From the NCBI GenBank assembly GCA_035513195.1, contig DATKCM010000082.1:1-60137 (forward strand): 60,137 nt of DNA, read 5' to 3'. This document shows positions 35,380 through 45,467 of the stretch, piece after piece (the first letter of the stretch is position 1; each line of letters starts with the position of its first letter). Under the pieces are notes generated by a model. That model was not told the origin of the DNA, did not search any database, and was given only the letters and a program-made list of their open reading frames with translations. The position numbers and the translations under genes are program-made. The stretch comes from Acidimicrobiia bacterium. GTDB taxonomy: Bacteria; Actinomycetota; Acidimicrobiia; Spongiisociales; ZC4RG35.

Positions 35380-38211
35380 ATGCCCAACCCAAACGAAAGC
35401 TTCGCTTCACGGCACATCGGCCCGGACGCCTCGGACGTAGCCACGATGCTCGATGTCGTGGGAGCGGATTCCCTCGATGACCTGATCAGACAGACGATCC
35501 CTGCCGCGATACGTGACGAAGCTCTTGAGTTACCTGCTGCCTTGAGCGAAACGGAAGTCGTGGAACGACTGCGTCAGCTGGCCGGGAAAAACACCGTGGT
35601 GCCATCGTTGATAGGCCTCGGCTATCACGACACCATCCTTCCACCGGTGATACAGCGCAACGTCCTCGAGAATCCCGCCTGGTACACCGCATACACCCCC
35701 TATCAGCCCGAGATCTCCCAGGGGCGCCTGGAGGCACTGCTCAACTTTCAGACAATGGTGTCGGATCTAACGGGGCTTGACATCGCCAACTCGTCCCTTC
35801 TCGACGAGCCGACGGCTGCTGCTGAGGCAATGGCGATGTGCCGTCGGATTGCAGGCGGACACCGCAATGTGTTCTATGTCGACCCCGACTGCCATTTACC
35901 GACAATGGCGGTGGTGAACACCAGGGCCGGCGCCGCCGGGATCGATATCCGCATACTGGATGACGAGGCAGATCCTTCCGTGGCGTTCGGGGTATTGGTC
36001 CAGTATCCCGGCTCATCGGGCTCGATCATCGACCACACCGATCTTGCCGAGCGATTCAGAGAATCCGGGGCTGTAGTCGCTGTTGCCACCGACCTCTTGG
36101 CCCTCACTCTCCTCCAGCCGCCCGGGGAATGGGGGGCAGACATCGCTGTCGGCTCGGCTCAGCGGTTCGGTGTCCCCCTCGGGTATGGCGGCCCCCACGC
36201 CGGATTCATCGCAACGCGGGAAGGGCACGTCCGGAGTCTCCCGGGTCGGTTGGTGGGTGTCTCGAAAGACCCGGCGGGAAGAATGGCCTACCGATTGGCA
36301 CTCCAGACCAGGGAGCAGCACATCAGGAGGGAGAAAGCCACATCCAACCTATGCACGGCCCAGGTGCTGTTGGCGGTGATGGCTGGTCTGTACGGGTCCT
36401 GGCACGGCCCGGACGGTTTGCGGGACATCGCCCATGAGGTCAATCGGATCGCTTCTGCTTTCGCCTCCTCTGTGGTTGGCGGAGGGCTCGAGCTTGTCAA
36501 TAGTCACTGGTTCGACACCATCTCGGTGCGGGTGCCGGGAAGGGCCAGGGAGATCCAGACTGCCATCCTCGAGCGGGGGCTCAACGTCGGCTTCGTCGAT
36601 GACGACACGGTCAGGGTCGCGTTCGACGAGACATCGAGCGACGCGACTTTGGCAATCCTCGTCGAAGGTTTGGAAATCGAGGCACGCGAGCCGCTCCAGT
36701 CCGGTGTGCCTGAGGGGCTCAGACGGATCACCGACTACATGACGCACCCGGTCTTCAACAACTACCACTCGGAGCACGAGATGCTCCGCTACCTGCGTCG
36801 TCTGGCCGACCGTGATCTCGCACTGGACCGGTCCATGATTCCGTTGGGATCGTGCACGATGAAGCTGAACGCGACTTCGGAGATGATCCCGATCACCTGG
36901 CCTGAATTCTCAGGCATCCACCCGTACGCCCCGATTGACCAGGCTGGCGGATATCTCGAACTCATCACCGAGCTCGAGTCGTACCTCTCCGAGGCGACAG
37001 GTTATGACCGGGTGTCGATCCAACCGAACGCAGGGTCTCAGGGTGAGCTGGCAGGTCTTCTCGCCATCGCTGCCTACCACCGCGACCGCGGCGAAGGCGA
37101 TCGCAACGTGTGTCTGATCCCGGCCTCGGCTCACGGCACCAATGCCGCATCAGCCGTGATGGCGGGCATGCGTGTGTTGGTGGTCAAGACCGATCATGCA
37201 GGAAATGTCGACCTCGATGACCTCAAGTCGAAGGCGGCTGAGAACTCGGAGACGCTGGCATGCGCGATGGTGACGTATCCCTCGACACACGGCGTCTTCG
37301 AGGAAGGTATCACCCGCCTCTGTGAGATCGTCCACGAGCACGGGGGGCAGGTGTATGTCGACGGAGCGAACCTCAACGCACTTGTCGGCCTGGCGCGACC
37401 TGCCACGTTCGGAGCGGACGTGAGCCATCTCAACCTTCATAAGACGTTCACCATCCCCCACGGTGGCGGTGGGCCAGGGGTGGGGCCGATCGGCGTGCGG
37501 AGCCACCTCGCCCCGTACCTCCCCAATCACCCCCTCCTCGACGAGGCAGGGCCTGCGACCGGAATTGGCCCCATCTCCGGCGCGCCGTTCGGCTCTGCAG
37601 GAATCCTCCCGATCCCCTATTCGTACATCCGATTGATGGGCGCCGACGGTCTTCGCCGGGCGACGAGAGTGGCGATTCTGTCCGCCAACTACGTGGCTTC
37701 AAGGCTGCACCCCTATTACCCGGTCCTCTACCAAGGGGCGGGCGGAAGGGTGGCCCACGAGTGCATACTGGACCTTCGGCCGATGACCAGGCAGTCAGGC
37801 GTGACGGCCGAGGATGTCGCCAAGAGACTGGCCGACTATGGATTCCACGCGCCGACCCTTTCCTTCCCGGTACCCGGCACTCTCATGGTCGAGCCGACCG
37901 AATCGGAGAGCCTGCGCGAGCTGGATCGTTTTTGCGATGCAATGATTTCGATTCGAGGTGAAGCCGACCGGGTTGCATCGGGCGAGTGGGGCAGAGACGA
38001 CAATCCGCTGGTGAACGCCCCTCACACCGCGGAGGATCTGGTCACCGAGTCGTGGGGCCACCCCTATACAAGGCGGACGGCGGTCTACCCGGCTTCGGGG
38101 TCGGCGGCGGATAAGTACTGGCCACCTGTGGGCAGGGTCGACGGGCCTGGAGGCGACAGAAACCTGGTCTGCGCCTGCCCACCCCTGGATGCCTATGTTG
38201 ATTCCCCTTGA
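35380..38211 (+). CDS. gcvP: glycine dehydrogenase (decarboxylating), glycine cleavage system P protein
   Basis: 943 aa single-chain P protein. N-terminus [31 protein letters not shown] site [16 protein letters not shown]. Confidence 0.95.
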   Translation: MPNPNESFASRHIGPDASDVATMLDVVGADSLDDLIRQTIPAAIRDEALELPAALSETEVVERLRQLAGKNTVVPSLIGLGYHDTILPPVIQRNVLENPAWYTAYTPYQPEISQGRLEALLNFQTMVSDLTGLDIANSSLLDEPTAAAEAMAMCRRIAGGHRNVFYVDPDCHLPTMAVVNTRAGAAGIDIRILDDEADPSVAFGVLVQYPGSSGSIIDHTDLAERFRESGAVVAVATDLLALTLLQPPGEWGADIAVGSAQRFGVPLGYGGPHAGFIATREGHVRSLPGRLVGVSKDPAGRMAYRLALQTREQHIRREKATSNLCTAQVLLAVMAGLYGSWHGPDGLRDIAHEVNRIASAFASSVVGGGLELVNSHWFDTISVRVPGRAREIQTAILERGLNVGFVDDDTVRVAFDETSSDATLAILVEGLEIEAREPLQSGVPEGLRRITDYMTHPVFNNYHSEHEMLRYLRRLADRDLALDRSMIPLGSCTMKLNATSEMIPITWPEFSGIHPYAPIDQAGGYLELITELESYLSEATGYDRVSIQPNAGSQGELAGLLAIAAYHRDRGEGDRNVCLIPASAHGTNAASAVMAGMRVLVVKTDHAGNVDLDDLKSKAAENSETLACAMVTYPSTHGVFEEGITRLCEIVHEHGGQVYVDGANLNALVGLARPATFGADVSHLNLHKTFTIPHGGGGPGVGPIGVRSHLAPYLPNHPLLDEAGPATGIGPISGAPFGSAGILPIPYSYIRLMGADGLRRATRVAILSANYVASRLHPYYPVLYQGAGGRVAHECILDLRPMTRQSGVTAEDVAKRLADYGFHAPTLSFPVPGTLMVEPTESESLRELDRFCDAMISIRGEADRVASGEWGRDDNPLVNAPHTAEDLVTESWGHPYTRRTAVYPASGSAADKYWPPVGRVDGPGGDRNLVCACPPLDAYVDSP

Positions 38212-38285
38212 CATTGCTTAGATCGGTGGGAAGGTAATACTCTGGGATCAAGCCGTACGGGCGGCTGGCTGATTGGTGCATCACT

Positions 38286-39593
38286 TTGAGATTCACAGGA
38301 CAAGTCAAGATCCCTGACCTGGATTATCCAGGGGTGCCGGCAAGCGTCCTCGTCGAGGGCAAGCAGGTCGAGCTGTTTGTCGCAGACGAAAGCATCGGCC
38401 GGTGGTCGCTCGTCGACGTCCGCGCCGAACGTCTGATATCGAGCGCATTCTCACTCAAGCTTGCCGATGAGGAAGTCACCTTCATCGCTGACCAGCCCAC
38501 AGAATTCGCCTACGGCGGCGTGGAGGAGATGGCCAACGTCTGGGCCAGGCACCGGACCATGCGCTTCCCGAGGCGCATCGTGGCCAGTAGTCGTTCTCGA
38601 CAGGGAACCAAGCCGTCGCGTATCGGCGACCTCAGAGCCGCGATAGAAGAATCCCTGAACGGAGCCCCGGCGGCGCTGGTCTCCGGCGGGGAGCCTGTGA
38701 GAAAGACGGCGGCGGGTGTCGAGTCCCTGCGCAGGTCTCAAACGCAGGAGCCTCCAGCTGAAAAAGCGCGCGTCGAAGACAAACCTCCAGCCCGACCTCC
38801 CGAACCAGCAGCTGAGCAACTTCCCGAGCCCGAGCAGGCCCCGGTCGAGGACGCGGTGCCGCCCACACCCGAGCCGGAGGCGCCTGCAGAGCTTGTCGCC
38901 GCCGATCCGGTTCCTGAGGCGCTGGACACTCCCGATGTGGTCCTCGCCGAACCGGCTCCCGAGCCTGCCACAACTCCACCGGTCACCGACTCGGTGTTCA
39001 AGGAGAGTGTGCCGTGGGCAAAGCGGGAGGAAGTCGAAGTGGATGACGAGCCGGACCAGGCCTTGCCGTCCGAGCCAACTCCTGAGGTCGTCGAGGATGT
39101 CCCGGCACCGATTGGCGTGGATTCCGCCCCTGAGGAACGGACACCCGAGCCAATGCCACAGTCCTCGCTACCGTCAGCCCCACCTGGTTCCGTCCCGTGG
39201 ATCGATCCCACGGCTCTTGGCCCCACATCACCTGTGCCCGGGCCCGACGAAGAAGAGACCGAGGCAAGCCAGGCTGAATCGATCACCAAGAGGCCTGCGC
39301 AACGGCCACCATACGTCGTCGACCTTGGCGTTTTCGAGGATCCCGGGGAGGAGGAACCACTTCATCCGACGCCTGACACCGACCGCAGCGAGCTGGTGCC
39401 CGCCGACGAGGAATCGCAGCCAGAGTTGGCCACTGCATCGGCAAGGGGAGGCATCATGGGCGCGGTCCGCTCGGCTTTCGTTCGCAATCGTGTCGAGCAC
39501 ACCCACGAATTCGTCGAGGCGCCCGGTGGTCTGGGTATCAGACGCCATATTTGCGCCCAATGCGGGCACATATCGATCGGAATCAGCGAATAG
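38286..39593 (+). CDS. hypothetical protein: small N-terminal domain, ~270-aa acidic Pro/Glu/Ala-rich linker, short C-terminal His/Cys motif
   Basis: 435 aa, TTG start. This frame is chosen over the overlapping 38716..39609 frame, which is Arg/Ser/Pro-rich and typical of an off-frame. C-terminus is HTHEFVEAPGGLGIRRHICAQCGH. Confidence 0.55.
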   Translation: MRFTGQVKIPDLDYPGVPASVLVEGKQVELFVADESIGRWSLVDVRAERLISSAFSLKLADEEVTFIADQPTEFAYGGVEEMANVWARHRTMRFPRRIVASSRSRQGTKPSRIGDLRAAIEESLNGAPAALVSGGEPVRKTAAGVESLRRSQTQEPPAEKARVEDKPPARPPEPAAEQLPEPEQAPVEDAVPPTPEPEAPAELVAADPVPEALDTPDVVLAEPAPEPATTPPVTDSVFKESVPWAKREEVEVDDEPDQALPSEPTPEVVEDVPAPIGVDSAPEERTPEPMPQSSLPSAPPGSVPWIDPTALGPTSPVPGPDEEETEASQAESITKRPAQRPPYVVDLGVFEDPGEEEPLHPTPDTDRSELVPADEESQPELATASARGGIMGAVRSAFVRNRVEHTHEFVEAPGGLGIRRHICAQCGHISIGISE

Positions 39594-39628
39594 GTCATCC
39601 ACGGGCTAACCGTTAGTACCGTGTCCCC

Positions 39629-40657
39629 GTGAGTCAACTTCGTTGTGTCGTGCTGTCAGGTGGGTCAGGGACCCGCCTGTGGCCGCTGTCCGTCGAAGCC
39701 CGGCCGAAACAGTTCCTTGATCTCCTTGGCGGCAAGAGTCTGTTCGATGCAACGATCGAGAGGGCGACGGACATCCCGGGTATTGCCGGGGTGACAGTCG
39801 TTACGGGCTTGTCCCATGCCCACCTCGTACGTGAAGCGATGTCAGGGTGCGATATCCAATCGGTTGTCCTTGTCGAGCCCGAGCCGAGGAACACGGCTCC
39901 GGCGATTGTGGCGGCGGCCCTTGTATCCGATCCGGATGATGTGTTGGTGATCCTTCCATCGGATCATCTGGTTCTGGATTCGGATGCTTTCAACGAAGCC
40001 GCGGAAACGGCTGCGGCGATTGCTGTATCCGGTGGCGTCGTTGCCTTCGGATGTGTACCTGACCGTGCCGAAGTCGGGTACGGGTGGATCCGTCCCGCAG
40101 AACCTTTCCAAGGGGGATTCAGGATCGCCGAGTTCGTCGAGAAACCCGGCCAGGAGCGCGCCGAGGAATTGCTCAGTCAAGGCTGCCTGTGGAACTCCGG
40201 CATGTTCGTAGCCAGAGCGGGAACAATTCTCGAGGAGGTTGACGATCCGGCCATGATTGATGCTGTGACGAGGTCGGTGTCGGAGCGAACCGACGGAGTT
40301 TTGTCGAGGCGCTTCCTCGAGGTTCCGTCGATCTCATTCGACCACCAGGTGATGGAGAAGACACGCCAGGGAATCGTCGTTCCTCTCGACGCCGGTTGGA
40401 GTGACATCGGGTCGTGGCGAGCGATCTGGGAAATGGCGGAGAAGGACCGGGCCGGCAACGTGATAGTCGGAAATTCCGTGGTGCTCGACACCACCAACTC
40501 TCTTGTCAGGTCGACGGGTCGGAGAGTGGCGGTTGTCGGTCTGGACAGTGTCGTGGTGGTGGAGACGGAGGACGGGGTGTTGGTCATCCCCCGTGAGAGA
40601 GCTCAGGAAGTCAGAGGAATTCCGGCCCATTTCGAGGGAAATGACCCCGGCCCGTGA
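39629..40657 (+). CDS. manC: mannose-1-phosphate guanylyltransferase (GDP-mannose pyrophosphorylase)
   Basis: 342 aa. N-terminal VVLSGGSGTRLWPLS and EPEPRNTAPAI, LPSDH, FVEKP motifs. No C-terminal isomerase domain. Confidence 0.8.
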   Translation: MSQLRCVVLSGGSGTRLWPLSVEARPKQFLDLLGGKSLFDATIERATDIPGIAGVTVVTGLSHAHLVREAMSGCDIQSVVLVEPEPRNTAPAIVAAALVSDPDDVLVILPSDHLVLDSDAFNEAAETAAAIAVSGGVVAFGCVPDRAEVGYGWIRPAEPFQGGFRIAEFVEKPGQERAEELLSQGCLWNSGMFVARAGTILEEVDDPAMIDAVTRSVSERTDGVLSRRFLEVPSISFDHQVMEKTRQGIVVPLDAGWSDIGSWRAIWEMAEKDRAGNVIVGNSVVLDTTNSLVRSTGRRVAVVGLDSVVVVETEDGVLVIPRERAQEVRGIPAHFEGNDPGP

Positions 40658-40959
40658 TGCGTGCCGGCACTGTATGTCTGATTCTCCTGGTTGCGGCCGC
40701 ATGCACGGGCCGGCCGGCAGAAGATGCCACCGGGGAGGAGATCTACCTCCAATTGTGCTCGAACTGCCACGGCGACGACATGGCTGGAACTATCGGCCCG
40801 AACCTCGGCCCCGGCTCCGAAGCGGCAGAGCAACCAGACGAGTTCCTTGTGATCAGCATCCTTCAAGGTCGCGGGCGAATGCCCTCTTTCCGATCTTCGC
40901 TGAATGACGAACAGCTGGACCGGCTGATCAGCCATATCCGCATGGTGCAGGATCGATGA
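40654..40959 (+). CDS. class I c-type cytochrome, lipoprotein-anchored
   Basis: 101 aa. Signal/lipobox LLVAAAC, haem site CSNCH, distal Met in GRGRMPSF. The start (GTG 40654 or ATG 40657) overlaps the manC stop, and its stop overlaps the menC ATG (ATGA). Confidence 0.8.
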   Translation: MMRAGTVCLILLVAAACTGRPAEDATGEEIYLQLCSNCHGDDMAGTIGPNLGPGSEAAEQPDEFLVISILQGRGRMPSFRSSLNDEQLDRLISHIRMVQDR

Positions 40960-41915
40960 GCGAGCTCCTCGAGGCAATCGAGTTGCACCCGATCCGTATC
41001 CCGATGCGATACCGGTTCAGACGCGTCGACCATCGCGAGGCGGTTCTGGTGAGGGGGCCGGCTGGCTGGGGCGAGTTCTCACCGTTTCCTGATTACCCCG
41101 CCGAGGTAACCACCAGGTGGCTGGCCTCAGCGCTCGAGGCAGCCTGCTCAACCCTGCCCGAGCCGGGTCGAAGCCGGATACCCGTCAACGTCACGATCCC
41201 GGCGGTTTCCCCCGAGATCGCAGCCGCGCTCGTCATGGAATCCGGAGCGAGAACCGCGAAGGTGAAGGTCGGTGATCCGGGTACGAGTCCCGAGGATGAC
41301 GAAGAGCGACTCGATGCTGTGGTGGAGGCCCTCGGGCCTGGCGGCCAGGTGAGGATCGATGTCAATGCTCTCTGGACTCTTGACGAGGCCACTGAGCGGT
41401 TGCGCCAGCTATCACGCTTCGAATTCGAATACGTCGAACAACCCGTCGCGACCATCGAGGAGATGATCGAGCTCCGAAGACGCACCGGGGTCCGTCTCGC
41501 TGCAGATGAGTTGGTCAGGTTGAGCCCTGACCCGCTCCGCGTTGTCGAATCGGGAGCGGCCGATGTCCTGGTTGTGAAGGTCCAACCGATGGGAGGCGTT
41601 GGCAGGGTTGTCGACTTTGCTAGCCGTTCTCAGATTCCCGTCGTCATCTCCTCGGCCCTGGAGACCTCCGTGGGCATGTACTCAGGCCTTCTCGCCGCTT
41701 CGCTCCTCGAAGACCTGCCGTACGCGTGCGGGCTCGGAACTGTGTCCCTTCTCCAGGGAGACCCGACTCTGGAGCCGCGAGTCGGTTTCGACGGTTACAT
41801 CGAAGTCAAGCGTGTCGACCCCGATCCTGAGCTGCTCGAGCGCTGGCGCCCTGACCGGGTCCGCTCGGCGGAGATGCTGCGCAAGGTTCGGGCCGCAGCA
41901 AGAGTTCTGACGTGA
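40956..41915 (+). CDS. menC: o-succinylbenzoate synthase (enolase superfamily)
   Basis: 319 aa. Short actinobacterial-type MenC pattern: KVKVG, IDVNALW, EYVEQP, LAADE. Directly coupled to menD. Confidence 0.8.
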   Translation: MSELLEAIELHPIRIPMRYRFRRVDHREAVLVRGPAGWGEFSPFPDYPAEVTTRWLASALEAACSTLPEPGRSRIPVNVTIPAVSPEIAAALVMESGARTAKVKVGDPGTSPEDDEERLDAVVEALGPGGQVRIDVNALWTLDEATERLRQLSRFEFEYVEQPVATIEEMIELRRRTGVRLAADELVRLSPDPLRVVESGAADVLVVKVQPMGGVGRVVDFASRSQIPVVISSALETSVGMYSGLLAASLLEDLPYACGLGTVSLLQGDPTLEPRVGFDGYIEVKRVDPDPELLERWRPDRVRSAEMLRKVRAAARVLT

Positions 41916-43588
41916 GCCATCCCAATCCGAGCAGCGCAATGGCATGGGTAGTCGTCGACGAACTCGCCAGAAGCGGGGTCACCCACTCGGTTGTCTCCCC
42001 GGGTTCCCGGTCGACTGCGCTCGTCCTGGCGCTGAACAATCACGCCGGTTTCAGCCTCGTCATGCACATCGACGAGCGTTCGGCCGGATTCCGCGCCCTC
42101 GGCACTTCAGTCGCCAGCAGGACTCCGGGGCTCGTCGTGACCACTTCGGGCAGTGCTGTGGCCAATTTGCTTCCGGCGGTGGTCGAAGCGGATCGCTCGT
42201 CAACGCCGCTGATCCTGCTGACTGCCGATCGGCCCGCGGAGATGGTTGAGCGGAGATCCAATCAGACGATGGATCAGAGGTCCGTTTTCTCGGGTTATGT
42301 CCGCAGTCGGGTCGATCTCGGTCCGGCGGTTGACGCGAAAGGTGAGCCCGAACGATGGCGGAAGGCGATTGCCCGGGCGGTTGCTGCCGCTCGCGGAGCG
42401 GCGGGTGCGCCTGGACCGGTGCAGATCAATGTCGCCTTCGAGGAACCGACCGTTCCCATGTCTGATGATGGCCGGTCGGTCGCGGCGCCCTATCAGACCT
42501 CGACAGATCCCCTTGGCTCCCCTTCCGAATCGCTGACCGATCGGGAACCGGATGAAGACCTGCCGTTGATCAGTCCGGGGAGGCGTTCCGTCGTGATCGC
42601 GGGCCGGGGGGATTATGACATCAGAGGGCTGCTGGAGATCTGCGGGGAGCACGATATCCCGGTTCTCTCGACTGCCCTGTCTGGCGGCCGTGGGGGAGGT
42701 GTGATCTCGTCTTACCACCACATCCTGGTCTCCGGGGCGCCGCATCACCTCCTGCCGGATTGGGTGATGGTTGTGGGCCAACCCGGGCCGAGTGACCGAC
42801 TTGCAAGTCTGATGACCACCGGAGCACCGGTGATTCATGTCGATCGGTGGGGCCAGTTCTCCGACACCTCCGGCACGATGAGCCAGGGCGTTCGCGCCGA
42901 CCCGGTCAGCCTGCTCTCACAGATCGCATTCGACCAGGAGGCCGGATGGTCATCGGCATGGCGCGGGAGCGACCGCGTCGTCCGTGCTGCTCTTGATGAG
43001 GTTCTCGATGCCGCCGGCGAGCCTACAGGCCCGGGGATAGCCCGAGAGCTCAACCACGTCGACTGGACAGCACTTGTTGTCGCCTCGTCGTTGCCAATCC
43101 GCGACGTCGACTCACAGCTGGTGCGCTCCGGTTGGGTTCATTCGAACCGGGGAGTATCCGGCATCGACGGCTTTGCTTCCACCGCCCTGGGTGTTGCCTC
43201 CTACATGGAGAAGACACTGGCCATGGTCGGAGATCTCTCGTTCCTCCACGATGCCAACGCATTTCTTGCGGATGTGATCCCTCCTGTTGTGTTTGTTGTC
43301 ATTGACAACCAGGGAGGGGGCCTCTTCGACCTGCTTCCGCAGGCACGGTTCGCCGCTGACTTTGACCGGCTCTTTGTCACGCCGCCACGAAGGGATCTAT
43401 CAGGGTTGGCCGAGTTTCACGGACTCGACTTCGTGTCACTCGAGTCGGTCGGCTCAATCAAGGACCGGGTGACGGAGGCGATCACCGGCAACAGGGCGAC
43501 TCTTGTTCGTGTTGGAGTGGATCGGGGTAGTGATGTCGCGATGCGGAAGATGCTCGACGACGCGGCGGTGGAGGCTTCAGCTGGTTGA
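41912..43588 (+). CDS. menD: 2-succinyl-5-enolpyruvyl-6-hydroxy-3-cyclohexene-1-carboxylate (SEPHCHC) synthase
   Basis: 558 aa ThDP enzyme. SPGSRSTAL, LTADRP, GVSGIDG, GDLSFLHD motifs. GTG overlaps the menC stop (GTGA). Confidence 0.9.
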   Translation: MSHPNPSSAMAWVVVDELARSGVTHSVVSPGSRSTALVLALNNHAGFSLVMHIDERSAGFRALGTSVASRTPGLVVTTSGSAVANLLPAVVEADRSSTPLILLTADRPAEMVERRSNQTMDQRSVFSGYVRSRVDLGPAVDAKGEPERWRKAIARAVAAARGAAGAPGPVQINVAFEEPTVPMSDDGRSVAAPYQTSTDPLGSPSESLTDREPDEDLPLISPGRRSVVIAGRGDYDIRGLLEICGEHDIPVLSTALSGGRGGGVISSYHHILVSGAPHHLLPDWVMVVGQPGPSDRLASLMTTGAPVIHVDRWGQFSDTSGTMSQGVRADPVSLLSQIAFDQEAGWSSAWRGSDRVVRAALDEVLDAAGEPTGPGIARELNHVDWTALVVASSLPIRDVDSQLVRSGWVHSNRGVSGIDGFASTALGVASYMEKTLAMVGDLSFLHDANAFLADVIPPVVFVVIDNQGGGLFDLLPQARFAADFDRLFVTPPRRDLSGLAEFHGLDFVSLESVGSIKDRVTEAITGNRATLVRVGVDRGSDVAMRKMLDDAAVEASAG

Positions 43589-44626
43589 AAGTCCGAGAGC
43601 GTCGAACATGGGCTTGAGCTTCCATATCGTTTCCTCGAGCTCGTCGTCCGGATTCGAACCGGAGACGATCCCGGCGCCACTGTGGAGGATGGCGGTGTCA
43701 GCGTCGAGGATGCCGCAGCGGAGCGCCACCGCGAATTCACAATTGCCGGACAGGTCAAACCACCCGACGGGGCCTGAGTAACGCCCCCGTGAGGTTTCTT
43801 CCATGTCGCGGATAATCGAAAGAGCGGCATTCGTTGGTGTTCCGGCCACGGCGGCGGTGGGGTGGAGATGGGGGAGGATGTCGCCGAAATCGAACCCAGG
43901 CGGGGTGGGCCCCTCGAACCTGGTTGCGAGGTGTCGCAGCTCACCCACTTCGACGACGCTCGGTTCGGTTCTCGTGAACGTGAGTCCCGCAGCGACGAAC
44001 GCGCCCTCGACCGAATCCGCAGCAAGGCGGTGTTCGAAAGCGTTCTTGTGCGTCCGCAAGTCAGACCTTTCGTCGGTGGCCGAGCCAGCGAGAGGGGTCG
44101 ACTCGATGAGCCCGTCTCCCGTGCGCAAAAGCAACTCCGGGCTCGCCCCCACCAACCCCTCCATCGCATAAACACGACAGCCTGGCTGGGATTCGATCAA
44201 CTGCGAGGCAACTGCGAATGGATTGAGGGCGCGGTCAAATGTTGCCCTGATCCGTCGGGAGAGCACCACTTTCTCCACCCTGCCCCGGTCGATCTCGACA
44301 AGTGCCTCTCGGACCATCTTGGGCCATCGCTCAGCATCATCATCTTCGAGAACTCCGGCCGGCCGTCCAATGCCTGGCGGCGTGAACGAGTGCTCCACCT
44401 TCTCGGGGATGATGATGACGGATCCTTCTTCGTTGGGGTCGAATGTGAAGGATGCGAATGCAAGCGCTGCGTTAGCCTCTTCGAGGATCTCCAGCGAACG
44501 GTGATAACGGCCCGGCCCGGTCCCGGGATCGCGGATCTGCTTACGTCCGGTCCCGGCGAGCGTCAAACCGGGGCGTGCCCACAGGGCGTTGTAGTCGGTT
44601 CCAGGAATGTTGCGCTGACTCTCCAC
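43577..44626 (-). CDS. menF: isochorismate synthase (chorismate-binding enzyme)
   Basis: 349 aa. Chorismate-binding C-terminal motifs HPTAAVAGTP, RGRYSGPVGW, GAGIVSGSNPDDE. Context is next to menD. GTG start. The 3' ends overlap by 12 nt. Confidence 0.75.
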   Translation of the reverse strand: MESQRNIPGTDYNALWARPGLTLAGTGRKQIRDPGTGPGRYHRSLEILEEANAALAFASFTFDPNEEGSVIIIPEKVEHSFTPPGIGRPAGVLEDDDAERWPKMVREALVEIDRGRVEKVVLSRRIRATFDRALNPFAVASQLIESQPGCRVYAMEGLVGASPELLLRTGDGLIESTPLAGSATDERSDLRTHKNAFEHRLAADSVEGAFVAAGLTFTRTEPSVVEVGELRHLATRFEGPTPPGFDFGDILPHLHPTAAVAGTPTNAALSIIRDMEETSRGRYSGPVGWFDLSGNCEFAVALRCGILDADTAILHSGAGIVSGSNPDDELEETIWKLKPMFDALGLSTS

Positions 44627-44633
44627 TAGTTAC

Positions 44634-45407
44634 CTATAAGGGTAGAACCCCATCGGGGAACGAAATTCCTGCCACCGTTTTACTCAATTCTGCGAACTGT
44701 GAGGCATCGCCGCTGACCATCGCCCGCAACGATCCCTCGTGGCAGTCTTCGGTGTGGACGAGGCGAGCCTGACGGGCAACGGCATGAGCGGGATCGATGA
44801 TTGTGACCTGCGGTCCCACCACATCGCTTATCGCGTCGACGAGGAAGGTGAAATGAGTGCACCCGAGGACCAGAGTGTCGGCCCCGGCGTCGAGAAGGGG
44901 TGATGTGTGGGCTCTGATCTGATCGATCACCTCGCGACCGTTAACGTGTCCTGATTCGACGAGGGTCACCCACTCGGGGGCGGCCCGGGTGATCACCTCG
45001 ATGCCTTCGGCATACTGGTCGAGCAAGCTCGCGAACAACCTGCCCTGGAAGGTGGCGGCAGTGGCCAGGACACCAATCTTGCCGGTATCGCTTGCCGAGG
45101 CCGCGGGCTTGATCGCAGGTTCCATGCCGACAAAACGTGTCGAGGGGAACTCGCCTCTCAGGGAATCCAGCGCTGCGGCGGATGCGGTATTGCAGGCGAG
45201 CACCAGAGTTGTGGCGCCCGCGCCAATGAGGGTCCTGGCATGGAGGTGCGCTAGACCTCGAACTTCGTCGAGAGACCGGGTGCCGTATGGTGCGTTGACC
45301 CGGTCTGCTGCATACACAACGTGGTCAGCAGCAAAGTCTGGAAGCATCTCGCGCAGCACGCCAAGACCGCCAATACCCGAGTCAAAGACGCCAATCATCG
45401 GTGCCAT
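44634..45407 (-). CDS. murI: glutamate racemase
   Basis: 257 aa. IGVFDSGIGGLGVL and the two catalytic Cys motifs LACNTASA and LGCTHF. Confidence 0.95.
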   Translation of the reverse strand: MAPMIGVFDSGIGGLGVLREMLPDFAADHVVYAADRVNAPYGTRSLDEVRGLAHLHARTLIGAGATTLVLACNTASAAALDSLRGEFPSTRFVGMEPAIKPAASASDTGKIGVLATAATFQGRLFASLLDQYAEGIEVITRAAPEWVTLVESGHVNGREVIDQIRAHTSPLLDAGADTLVLGCTHFTFLVDAISDVVGPQVTIIDPAHAVARQARLVHTEDCHEGSLRAMVSGDASQFAELSKTVAGISFPDGVLPL

Positions 45408-45467
45408 CTCAGCAGGAGCAGCGCCCGATCACTGGTACCGTCACCGACTTCTCGCTGAAAGGAAACA

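Noticed and set aside
38716-39609. A 297-aa alternative-frame ORF overlapping the Pro/Glu-rich gene.
   Set aside because: Its Arg/Ser/Pro-rich composition is typical of an off-frame reading of GC-rich coding DNA. The 38286 frame has plausible folded termini. Without proteomic or conservation data this rejection is only moderately secure.
43650-43660. GGATTCGAACC, the reverse complement of the tRNA T-loop consensus GGTTCGAATCC. I checked it as a possible tRNA gene.
   Set aside because: It lies inside the conserved GAGIVSGSNPDDE motif of the chorismate-binding enzyme. No acceptor, D or anticodon arms could be built around it.
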